Positions 47,063 to 56,114 of a stretch of 64,000 nucleotides of DNA are shown in pieces (position 1 is the first letter of the stretch; each line of letters starts with the position of its first letter). The translations under genes were made by a program, and so were the position numbers. The stretch comes from Planctomycetota bacterium (GTDB lineage: Bacteria; Planctomycetota; PLA2; JAEUHO01), in contig JADZCA010000117.1 of NCBI GenBank assembly GCA_020851795.1, forward strand, positions 8,021-72,020. The letters are read 5' to 3'. The notes under the pieces were generated by a model, which worked only from the letters and a program-made list of their open reading frames with translations, had not been told where the DNA came from and searched no databases.

Positions 47063-49558
47063 CTACCGCCCGTCGTCGCCCGGCCGGACGTGCTCGAGGA
47101 TCTGACGTAGAAGGTCCCGATCCGTGAGGTCGTCCTCCAGTCGAACTGCGTAGTCGAGTAGCTGTGCGTCCCACGGGAAGCACTGTAGCCCTCGCGCGAC
47201 ACAGGCACGTGCCCACGGAACGTCGCCGCGTCCGCTTGCTTCATACGCGAGTCTGGCAACCGAGAATTCGCCCACAGCGCGCATGATGATCGGCGGAATG
47301 AGAGGTCTGCTCGCTGCATCTTCGTGCAGAGCGGAGACCGACGCCAGCCGGAGTTCCGCTAGCAGGTCGGCGTCGACTCCGAGGGCCTTCAAGCCAAGGA
47401 CGCCGGACGGACCGATGTCGCGCGACGCCCGGGCGTCCGCGCGCGCGCGAACCCAACCGGCCGCCCAAGGCAGATCGGTCCATCGCTGAAGAGCGGCCGC
47501 AGTCGCGTCCACGAGTTCTGCTGGTCCGAAGCGCGCAACCAGGAGAGCAAGCTCGCGCTGCACCTCGCGTGACGGACGCTCCCTCCTGACGAGCTGGGAC
47601 GCGCGCTCCCGCCACTCCGGGTCGCCCGCTCGCTGCAGCGACTGAGCCAGTGCAAGCAGACTCTCGTTGTCCCCGCCCCTCGAGACGACCAGCTCGCGCG
47701 CCGCCTCAACCTCGGCTGCCGCGTCGCGTCGGACAGTCGAGAGCGCCCGCGACCACGCGCAGGTCCAACCTTGATGCTGCCTCCGCGCGCGAAGCAGGGG
47801 GTCGTCCGCTCCAGCACGACGAAGCAGCTCCTCCGCCTTCTCGAATCTCGAGTCACGTGCCTCCCGATCCGCCATCCCTTCCAGTAGATCGACCCGGAGG
47901 GACGGGAACCTGATGAGCGCCAGTGCCGCCTCGAGCGTCGCCGGAGTCAAGTCCGCGGTCAGGTGGCGTGGGCTCAGCGCCATCAGCTCAGCCTGCCGCG
48001 TGTCATCGGTCGCTTCTGGGCCCGCGGGCAACCACTGGACTCCAAGCCGCGGCAACGGGCCACCATCCGCGCGCGGCGCGGCCACGAACGTGAGACCACC
48101 CGCGCTTGCCGCGCTGACGACGCCGAGCAGATTCCCAGCCGCGTCGACGACAGGCGCGCCGCTGGATCCCGCGCCTACGTTCGCGTTCAGGACGAGCAGT
48201 CGATGGGTCGCAGAGTTGAGAACCTCCGAGACCACGGCCGGCACGCGGATGGGCACGGATCCCGATGGCTTCATGAGAATCTGGCACTGAGCGCCTTGCG
48301 AGACGTGCCTCGCGGCCGACTCCCACGCGATGGACTCCGGAAGCGACTCGGTGGGTCCCTCTGCAAGGACTGCGATGTCGGAGGCCGGGATGACCAGGCC
48401 GACACGGGTCACGGGTCGGAGAGTCCCGTCCAACCTACGGATGGACGGGTTCCGCGCGCCACCGAGCACATGCGCAGCCGTGATGTACGCTCGCGGGGCT
48501 ACCTCGAACGCGTTGCCGACAGCCTCTTGCGACCCACGAGCACCGTCGACGACAACCTCGACGGGTCCGGGGAACTCTCGGCTCGGAGCGACCGCGACTG
48601 GGAGCTCAACGGGCGCGACCGAACGGGACGCCCACGCCACCTCCCAGACGCGCACCAGACCGTCTCTGTGCTCAGACACTCCCTCCGTGCGGGCGATCCA
48701 CGCGATGGACGATCGGGGCACCGATCCCGCAAGATCGATCGTGGCGCATCCCTCCACGTCCAGGATCCCCCCGGTGATCCAACGACGACCGACGAGCGCA
48801 ACGTCCGCTGGATGAGCCGTGGCGACCGAGAACGTGAATTGGACCACCACTCTGCTGTCGTCCCGGTGGACGACGACTTGAGAACCTCCGAATGTCGTAG
48901 AATCAAAACGCCCGATGTCGGCCACGACCTCCGAGAGAGCGTCTGGCGGGAGCGGGGTGGATCGGGAGAGTGGCGCGACCAGCGAGGGACGTAGGAACCC
49001 AGGGATCACGTCATCTCCGCGATTTCCGCCCGACAGGCGATGCGTCATCCACGCCGCCACGTCTACGGACGAGGAGCTAGTATCCACGGTCACGCTCGCG
49101 ATCGTGCCGTCCACCGCGAGAAGGCCCGGCAGGTCTTGGTGCAGAACGGGCGGCTGTCCGGTCACGTCCAAGCGCCACTCGAGGACGTTCACCGAACTGC
49201 TGCGTCCGGTCGGTGTGACACTTGTGCATCTCTCGTCGTAGGAGGTTCGAAGAGTCATCTCGCGTCGATCCGCGGTCGGACGGACCCCGACGACCGGGGC
49301 GACTCGAGTTTCCCTGTGCTCGACGTCAGTCCTTCGCACCGACATTCCCGGAGTCCAGGTGCGAATGGGACGATCGCCTGCGGCCGGCGCGGCGACCGCG
49401 ATCGGGGTGCCTGGCCGGACGGATGTAGACGCGATCAACAGGAGCGACGCGGCTACGAGCGCCGACGTCCTCACCTGACGGTCCGCCGACCGCGTCGGGC
49501 TCCGATCCCCGCTCGGCTTCCGATTGGACACGTGGATGAACCTCCCGGAGCAACGCAT
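47063..49558 (-). CDS. secreted trypsin-like (S1) serine protease with C-terminal helical/TPR-like extension
   Basis: 831 aa; signal-like ALVAASLLLIASTSV; catalytic-triad contexts YITAAHVLGG (His), DIAVL (Asp), GAGSSGAPVVDAAGNLLGVVSA (Ser); ~350-aa helical C-terminus. Confidence 0.65.
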   Translation of the reverse strand: MRCSGRFIHVSNRKPSGDRSPTRSADRQVRTSALVAASLLLIASTSVRPGTPIAVAAPAAGDRPIRTWTPGMSVRRTDVEHRETRVAPVVGVRPTADRREMTLRTSYDERCTSVTPTGRSSSVNVLEWRLDVTGQPPVLHQDLPGLLAVDGTIASVTVDTSSSSVDVAAWMTHRLSGGNRGDDVIPGFLRPSLVAPLSRSTPLPPDALSEVVADIGRFDSTTFGGSQVVVHRDDSRVVVQFTFSVATAHPADVALVGRRWITGGILDVEGCATIDLAGSVPRSSIAWIARTEGVSEHRDGLVRVWEVAWASRSVAPVELPVAVAPSREFPGPVEVVVDGARGSQEAVGNAFEVAPRAYITAAHVLGGARNPSIRRLDGTLRPVTRVGLVIPASDIAVLAEGPTESLPESIAWESAARHVSQGAQCQILMKPSGSVPIRVPAVVSEVLNSATHRLLVLNANVGAGSSGAPVVDAAGNLLGVVSAASAGGLTFVAAPRADGGPLPRLGVQWLPAGPEATDDTRQAELMALSPRHLTADLTPATLEAALALIRFPSLRVDLLEGMADREARDSRFEKAEELLRRAGADDPLLRARRQHQGWTCAWSRALSTVRRDAAAEVEAARELVVSRGGDNESLLALAQSLQRAGDPEWRERASQLVRRERPSREVQRELALLVARFGPAELVDATAAALQRWTDLPWAAGWVRARADARASRDIGPSGVLGLKALGVDADLLAELRLASVSALHEDAASRPLIPPIIMRAVGEFSVARLAYEASGRGDVPWARACVARGLQCFPWDAQLLDYAVRLEDDLTDRDLLRQILEHVRPGDDGR

Positions 49559-49799
49559 GAAGTTCCCCCGGCCTAGGGGAGAGTCAGGGGGAGAGGGCCC
49601 GCGTCGCCAGGGCGACGGCCGATTCGAGCTCGTTGGGGGACCTGCAGCCGAGGGCGGAGTGCCGTCGCGCGCCCTCCAGCGACCACGCCGAGCACGTCGG
49701 AGGGCGGCCGACGCGCGCCCGGGCCGGATCCGCGAGCCCCGATCGGGGCCTGACGTGCGATCGACGCTCGAAGGGCCTCGTCGTTCATGAACTCGGCGG

Positions 49800-50885
49800 C
49801 TAGTCTCGCTCGTAGGGGAGGTGGAGGCGGCGGTACTCCTCGAGGGCCTGGCGGTCGGTCATCGAGGCGAGGTAGTCGCAGACGGCGCGGTGCGCGCCGA
49901 CCTCGTCGGCCCACGCCTGCCAGGGACGGTCGAGCAGCGCCGGGTCGCGCACGTAGGCGTCGAACAGCGCGGCGAGGAAGCCGCGCGCCTTGCGCGCCAT
50001 CCGCAGCAGGCGCGGGTGGCGGTAGAAGCGCTCGTGGAGCAGCCGCGCGAGCGCGCGCTGGCGCCGGCCGAAGCCCTCGGAGTAGCCGACGAGCAGGTGC
50101 GCGTGCGCCTGCACGTCGGCGGGCGAGCCCACGCCCGCGTCGGCGACCCGGCGGGCGGTCGCGCTCAGCAGGTCGGTGACGCACGCGTCGAGCACGCGCT
50201 TGACGGTGGTCGAGACCTGCAGCGGACGCGGCAGGTCGGCGTGCTCGGCGACGGTGCGGTCCCAGGTCTCGCGCCAGAGGTCGGCCTCGCGCATCTCCTC
50301 GGGCGCGACGCAGCCCGACGCGATCCCGTCGTCGAGGTCGTGGCACGTGTAGGTGAGGTTGTCGCAGACGTCGACGAGCTGCGCCTCGAGCAGCGGCCGG
50401 CGCCGCTGGAAGCCGAGCGCCTCCTTGTCGCCGGGCGCGTGCATCGCGAACGACTCGCGCACCTCGAAGGAGAGGTTGATGCCGCGGAAGCCCGGGTAGC
50501 GCCGCTCGAGCACGTCCACGACGCGGAGCCCGTGCGCGTTGTGCTCGAAGCCGCCGTGGCCCTCCATCGCGGCCTTGAGCGCCTCCTCGCCCGCGTGGCC
50601 GAAGGGCCCGTGGCCGACGTCGTGCGAGAGCGCGACGGCCTCCGTGAGGTCCTCGTTGAGGCGCAGCGCGCGCGCGAGCGTGCGCGCGACCTGCGCGACC
50701 TCCATCGTGTGGGTCAGGCGCGTGCGGTAGTAGTCGCCCTCGTGGTTGACGAAGACCTGCGTCTTGTACTCGAGGCGCCGGAACGCGGCCGCGTGGATGA
50801 CCCGGTCGCGGTCGCGCATGTAGGCGGTGCGGAAGGGGTGGCCGGGCTCCTCGTGCACGCGCCCGCGGCTGCACGCGACGCGCAT
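49800..50885 (-). CDS. dgt: dGTP triphosphohydrolase-like HD-domain protein
   Basis: 361 aa from MRVACSRG; FRTAYMRDRDRVIHAAAFRRLEYKTQVF and HD motifs (THTMEV, SHDVGHGPFGH); the listed ORF carries an unlikely 64-aa N-terminal extension. Confidence 0.75.
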   Translation of the reverse strand: MRVACSRGRVHEEPGHPFRTAYMRDRDRVIHAAAFRRLEYKTQVFVNHEGDYYRTRLTHTMEVAQVARTLARALRLNEDLTEAVALSHDVGHGPFGHAGEEALKAAMEGHGGFEHNAHGLRVVDVLERRYPGFRGINLSFEVRESFAMHAPGDKEALGFQRRRPLLEAQLVDVCDNLTYTCHDLDDGIASGCVAPEEMREADLWRETWDRTVAEHADLPRPLQVSTTVKRVLDACVTDLLSATARRVADAGVGSPADVQAHAHLLVGYSEGFGRRQRALARLLHERFYRHPRLLRMARKARGFLAALFDAYVRDPALLDRPWQAWADEVGAHRAVCDYLASMTDRQALEEYRRLHLPYERD

Positions 50886-51363
50886 CGCCCACGGCGCGAG
50901 GTCGCGCGCCTCGCGGTCCTCGATCGCGACGCGCGTCGTCGCTGCGGTGGGGTCGGCGACGCCGGGATCGCCGACGGCGCCGCCGGTCGGTCGGGTCGGG
51001 GGGGCTCCGGGGGCCGGCAGCTCGCTCTCGGGACGGGGTCGGCGCGACACGGACCCATCGTCGCATCGGGGGCCCACGCCCGCCCGCGCCCGGACGCCGC
51101 GCTCGCCCGGTGGCCGGTAGGATGCGCGCGTGACCGACTCCGCCCCGCCGAACGGCGCGCGAACGGGTCGCGAGCTGCTCTGGCTCGCGGCGATCGTCGC
51201 CGTCGTCGGCCTCGTGCTCTGGCTCCTGGTGGGCGACGCGTGGACGGCGTTCTTCCCGTCCCCCGAGAGCGTGCCGAAGTAGCCGGCCCGGAATCACCGG
51301 CAACTGGCGCCCCGGGCCCCGCTCCCACCCGCTGGTGAGGGCCGTGGTCCCGGAGGTCTCTCC

Positions 51364-53667
51364 GTGCGCACGACGATTCGGTCGGCGGTGGCAGCGGTCT
51401 GTGCGGCGCTCGTCCTCGGGTGCGGGGGCGGCGGCGGGCCCGGTGGGTCCGGCGGCGCTCCCGTCGTCCCGCCGGCTCCCCCGGAGCCGCCGGCACCGCC
51501 CCCGCCCCCTCCCGCGCCGCCCCAGGCGAACCCGATCCTGTTCGTGACGCAGGTGCCGACGGCGCAGGGCTTCGGGTCGGTCGTCGAGACCTTCAACAAC
51601 CACCGCCCCTCGATGACGTCGTGCCCGCGCGGCGGCGGGCTCTGGGTCCGCTACCCGGACGGCGCGCTCAAGAACCTCACCCAGGCCGCGGGCTTCGGCG
51701 AGGAGGGGATGCAGGGGGCGGGCGCGATCGCGTGCCGCGAGCCCTGCGTGCACTGGAGCGGCACGAAGGCCGTGTTCTCGATGGTGGTCGGCGCGCCCAC
51801 GCAGCAGTACCAGACGAAGGAGTTCCTCTGGCAGCTCTACGAGGTGGGCGGGCTGGGCAAGGACGACACGCCGACGATCACGAAGGTCCCGTTCCAGCCG
51901 GCCTACAACAACGTGAGCCCCTGCTACGCCTCCGACGGGCGCATCCTGTTCACCTCGGACCGCCCGCGCGACGGGCAGGCCCACCTCCACCCGCAGCTCG
52001 ACGAGTACGAGTCCGCGCCGGTCGTCACCGGCATCTGGAGCCTCGACCCGGGCTCGGGCGCGCTGTTCCTGATGAACCACGCGCCGTCGGGCGCGTTCTC
52101 GGTCGGCGTGGACACCGCAGGGCGCGTGGTCTTCACGCGGTGGGACCACCTGCTGCGCGACCAGCAGGCCGACGCCGAGCGCCAGGGCGGCTACGCGTAC
52201 GGCACCTTCGACTGGAGCGACGAGAGCGCCGCGTCGGTGCCGCTGGCGACGGCCACCGAGGTGTTCCCGGCGCCGCGCAAGTCGTGGGTGGACTACGTGA
52301 ACACCCACCCGGGCTACGCCGGCGACCTCGCCGGCTGGAAGCCGCACCTCGTCGGCATCGCGTTCAACCTCTTCCAGCCGTGGGCGATGAACCAGGACGG
52401 CACCGACGAGGAGACGATCAACCACGTCGGGCGCCACGAGGTGGCGGGCTACGTGGACCGGGCGTTCGACGACGACCCCAACCTCGTCGACTTCGTCTCG
52501 GTCAACCCCAACTCGCAGAACCAGGTCCGCTACTACCAGGGCTTCTTCCAGCTCCGCGAGGACCCGACCCAGCCCGGCGAGTTCCTCGGCGTGGACTCGC
52601 CCGAGTTCGGCTTCCACGCGTCGGGACGCGTCATGCGCCTCCACGCGCCCAAGGGCCTCGACGCCGACCAGGTGACGATCGTCAACCTCACGCACCCCGA
52701 CACGTCGGGCGCGACGCCCACGCCCGAGCACACCGGCCGCTACCGCAGCCCGCTCGTCCTCACCGACGGGACGTTCGTCTGCGTGCACAGCACCGAGGTC
52801 GGCCAGGACCAGAACGACGGCACGAGCGCGGCCCCGACGTCGCGCTACCCGTTCCGCCTGAAGACGATGGCCTTCGACGGGACCTACTGGAAGGCCGATG
52901 CCGTGCTGACGCCGGGCCTGCAGGCGTCGGTGTCGTGGTGGAGCCCCGACGTGCTCACCTCGTGGCAGGGCACGCTGTGGGAGCTCGACCCCGTCGAGGT
53001 CGTCGCGCGGCCGGTCCCGCCCTCGACGACGGCGCCGACGATCCCCGCGCCCGAGGCCTCGATGCTCACTGCCGCGGGCGTGTCGGCGGCGTCGCTCTCG
53101 AGCTTCCTCGTGCAGAACGACCTCGCGCTCGTGGTCTCGCGCGACGTGACGACGCGCGACCGCAGCGACCGTCAGCAGCCGTTCAACCTCAAGGTCGCCG
53201 GGACCGCGCACCAGACGGTGGGCGCGTCGGGGAAGGTCTACGACGTCGCCTACCTCCAGCTCGTGCAGGGCGACCTGCTGCGGGGCCTGGGCAAGCAGAA
53301 CATGCCGCCGCCGCCCGGACGTCGCGTGCTCGGCCGCTTCCTGCACGAAGCCAAGGCCGACCACCCGCCGCCCAGCGACGGCTCCGCGCCGCCGGGCAGC
53401 GTCGAGATCGAGGACGACGGTTCGGTCGCCGCCCTCGTCCCCGCGCGGCGCGCGATGTCGTGGCAGCTCGTCGACGAGGCGGGCGAGGCCGTCGTGCAGG
53501 AGCGGTACTGGGTGACGTTCCAACCGGGCGAGGTGCGGGTCTGCGCCTCGTGCCACGGCGCCAACCAGAAGGACCAGGCGGGCTCGCCCCCGCCCACGAA
53601 CGCGCCGAAGGCCCTCCAGAAGCTGCTCGCGCACCTCAAGTCGAAGGGCAAGGTCACGGGGCCCTGA
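51364..53667 (+). CDS. lipoprotein, probable beta-propeller, with C-terminal CxxCH motif
   Basis: 767 aa; GTG start; lipobox LVLGCGGGGG followed by a Pro-rich linker; C-terminal VCASCHGANQKDQ (c-type haem-binding-like). Confidence 0.5.
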   Translation: MRTTIRSAVAAVCAALVLGCGGGGGPGGSGGAPVVPPAPPEPPAPPPPPPAPPQANPILFVTQVPTAQGFGSVVETFNNHRPSMTSCPRGGGLWVRYPDGALKNLTQAAGFGEEGMQGAGAIACREPCVHWSGTKAVFSMVVGAPTQQYQTKEFLWQLYEVGGLGKDDTPTITKVPFQPAYNNVSPCYASDGRILFTSDRPRDGQAHLHPQLDEYESAPVVTGIWSLDPGSGALFLMNHAPSGAFSVGVDTAGRVVFTRWDHLLRDQQADAERQGGYAYGTFDWSDESAASVPLATATEVFPAPRKSWVDYVNTHPGYAGDLAGWKPHLVGIAFNLFQPWAMNQDGTDEETINHVGRHEVAGYVDRAFDDDPNLVDFVSVNPNSQNQVRYYQGFFQLREDPTQPGEFLGVDSPEFGFHASGRVMRLHAPKGLDADQVTIVNLTHPDTSGATPTPEHTGRYRSPLVLTDGTFVCVHSTEVGQDQNDGTSAAPTSRYPFRLKTMAFDGTYWKADAVLTPGLQASVSWWSPDVLTSWQGTLWELDPVEVVARPVPPSTTAPTIPAPEASMLTAAGVSAASLSSFLVQNDLALVVSRDVTTRDRSDRQQPFNLKVAGTAHQTVGASGKVYDVAYLQLVQGDLLRGLGKQNMPPPPGRRVLGRFLHEAKADHPPPSDGSAPPGSVEIEDDGSVAALVPARRAMSWQLVDEAGEAVVQERYWVTFQPGEVRVCASCHGANQKDQAGSPPPTNAPKALQKLLAHLKSKGKVTGP

Positions 53668-53903
53668 CCCTCGGCGCGCAGCGAGGACGTCGCGCGTCGT
53701 GCCCCGCGCGCGACGCGCGACGCGTCGCGACGACCCTCCACCTCGCGTCGGTGCACGCGCCGACGCGCAGGGGCCTCCGTGCGTGCGCGTGCCGCGGGGC
53801 GTGCCGGCGCGCCGCCGCACGACGCGGCCGCGCGCACGCGAGGGACGCGACGGCAACTCCGCTCGCCCGGCACGCTCCGACGAACGAACCCAGGAGCCAC
53901 TCC

Positions 53904-55067
53904 ATGCATCGTCCTCTCCAGCTCACGCTCGGTCTCGCGTCCCTCGCGCTCGCCGCGTGCGGCGGCAGCGGCGGCGACGACCCCAAGGGCGACGGCACGT
54001 TCGCGCCCGCCGGCACGCCCGTCATCTCGGGCATGCCCGCCACGAAGGTGCTCCGGGTCGCCGACCTCGACGGGGACGGGCGCGACGACGTCGTGCAGTG
54101 CGACACGTCGCTCGACACGATCTCCTACGCGTTCGGCACCGAGGCGGGCCTCACGCTCGCGCAGAACGAGGCGACCACCGACGCCCCGTCCTCGCTCGCG
54201 GTCGCGGACTTCGACGAGGACGGCGACCTCGACGTCGCGGTGTGGACGCAGGCACGCGTGGACGTGTTCACGCAGTCGCCCGCGCCCGGCGTGGGCCTCC
54301 CGCCGGTGCTCGACGTCGGGACGCCTGTCCTCGGCGTCGGCGGCGCGGGGACCAACTGCCTCGTCGCGGGCCTGTTCAACGGCGACGCGGACGCCGACCT
54401 CCTGTTCGGCGTGCTCGGCGGCCTGCACCGCGCCACCGCGATGCCGGGGGCGTTCTTCTTCGCGCCCAGCGACATCGGGCCGAGCGGCTGGGTCTCGCCG
54501 ATGGTGACCGCCGACCTCGACGGCGACGGCGAGCTCGACCTCGGCGGGGTCGACCTCTTCGGCGGGTTCACGGTGCGCCGCGGCGTCGGGGACGGCTCGT
54601 TCCTCGCCACGACGACGTTCATCCCGATCGGCACGCCCGACGGCGACGTCGCGATCGGCGACGTGGACGGCGACGGCCGCCCGGACGTCATCCTCGGCCT
54701 GAAGGGGCAGATGGGCGTGGCCCTGCGCGTCTGCGTGCTGCGCAACACGAGCACGCCGGGGACCATCGACTTCGCCGACCCGCTCCCGATCGACGTCCCC
54801 GGCGCGGCCGGCGACACGTCGGGCCTCGCCGTGGGCGACTTCGACGGCGACGGGCGCGCCGACTTCGCCGTCGGCGACGACGACACGGCGGTCGTGAAGG
54901 TGATGACCAGCGACGGGACGGGCGCCTCGTTCACGCTCACCCAGACCTTCGCGGTCACCGGGCTCCCGACGGCGGTCGCGACCGGCGACCTCGACGGTGA
55001 CGGGATCCTCGACCTCGTGGTGTCCTCGGGCGCCGACCTCGACGTCTTCCTCGGCAACGCACAGTGA
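53904..55067 (+). CDS. FG-GAP/VCBS repeat lipoprotein
   Basis: 387 aa; lipobox LALAACGGSGG; recurring DxDGDGxxD(L/V) calcium-binding-like repeats. Confidence 0.65.
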   Translation: MHRPLQLTLGLASLALAACGGSGGDDPKGDGTFAPAGTPVISGMPATKVLRVADLDGDGRDDVVQCDTSLDTISYAFGTEAGLTLAQNEATTDAPSSLAVADFDEDGDLDVAVWTQARVDVFTQSPAPGVGLPPVLDVGTPVLGVGGAGTNCLVAGLFNGDADADLLFGVLGGLHRATAMPGAFFFAPSDIGPSGWVSPMVTADLDGDGELDLGGVDLFGGFTVRRGVGDGSFLATTTFIPIGTPDGDVAIGDVDGDGRPDVILGLKGQMGVALRVCVLRNTSTPGTIDFADPLPIDVPGAAGDTSGLAVGDFDGDGRADFAVGDDDTAVVKVMTSDGTGASFTLTQTFAVTGLPTAVATGDLDGDGILDLVVSSGADLDVFLGNAQ

Positions 55068-55216
55068 CCATCGCGGGTCCCCGTCGGCGGGGTCCGGTGC
55101 CACCGGCTCCCACCCCCATCCCGGCACGGCACGCCGGCGGGGCCCGCACTCCCTCCATCGACCCCCGCGGCCGTCGCGCGCCGCCGCGACGCGCCCCGTC
55201 CCGCCCCGAGGCTCCG

Positions 55217-55471
55217 ATGCACGCCGCTCGCTGGACGACCACCACGCGCTCCGCCGCCGCCGCGCTGCTCGCGTCGGCGCTCGTCGGCTGCGGCGACGAC
55301 CGCATGCGGCGCGACCCCGAGGCGGAGCGCGCGCTCGAGCGGGAGCTCGCGCCGGTGCTCGACGCGCTCGACCGTCGCCTCGAGGAGGAGGAGCGCCGCG
55401 TCGGCACCCCCGACGAGGGCGCGTCGGCCGAGCCCGACGCGGGCGACGCGGCCCCCTCGACGGCGCGCTGA
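55217..55471 (+). CDS. small putative lipoprotein
   Basis: 84 aa; LLASALVGCGDD lipobox then a charged helical region; weak. Confidence 0.3.
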   Translation: MHAARWTTTTRSAAAALLASALVGCGDDRMRRDPEAERALERELAPVLDALDRRLEEEERRVGTPDEGASAEPDAGDAAPSTAR

Positions 55472-55540
55472 CGCGCGGCGGGCGAGCCCGCCGAAGGAGC
55501 GGACGAGGTCGGGACCGGCGTCCTTCGTGGACCCGGCGGG

Positions 55541-55975
55541 CTACGGGACCGTGACGGTGCGGGTCGCGCGGAAGGTGACCGTCCCGTCGCCGGCCCGTGC
55601 CTCGAAGACCGCGACGATGTGGGTGGAGGGGAACTCCGCCGCGTCGATGACCGCCTCGGCGAAGAGGGGCTGGGACGGGGCCGCCCGCGGCGTGGTGGTC
55701 TCGCACGCCGACTTCGGCGGCTGGCCGTCGTCGAACCACTGGAGGTCCACGCGGACGGAGCCGTCGGTCCCGTCCGTGCTCGTCATCCGGGCCACGATCT
55801 GCGGTCGCCCGTCGCCGGCGGCGTCGGGGACGATCGCCAGCGACGTCGTGCGACGAGCCGCGTCCGGTGCGCACGCACGGCGCGAGACGCACCCGGAGAG
55901 GAGCGCGGCCACGACCGCTACGCCGACCCAACGCGAGCGTGTGCGCACGATCTTCACCTCCCCCGCAGGACCCAC
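55541..55975 (-). CDS. hypothetical lipoprotein
   Basis: 144 aa; VVAALLSGCVS lipobox. Confidence 0.35.
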   Translation of the reverse strand: MGPAGEVKIVRTRSRWVGVAVVAALLSGCVSRRACAPDAARRTTSLAIVPDAAGDGRPQIVARMTSTDGTDGSVRVDLQWFDDGQPPKSACETTTPRAAPSQPLFAEAVIDAAEFPSTHIVAVFEARAGDGTVTFRATRTVTVP

Positions 55976-56114
55976 CGCCGAGCGCGCGCCGACAACTCCG
56001 GACGCGACCCCGCCCGCGTGGCGCTCGAGCGCCGCGCCGGGCGCCGCGCGGCCACGCCCCTTTCGAGCGTAGCCCGACGGCGCACGTCGTCAACGGCCCC
56101 GGGCGCGCCGCGCG

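Noticed and set aside
49800-51077. 64-aa N-terminal extension of the dGTPase (start at 51077)
   Set aside because: The extension is low-complexity Pro/Gly/Arg-rich. Canonical dGTPases begin near the conserved RDRDRxxH block, which follows the internal Met at 50885.
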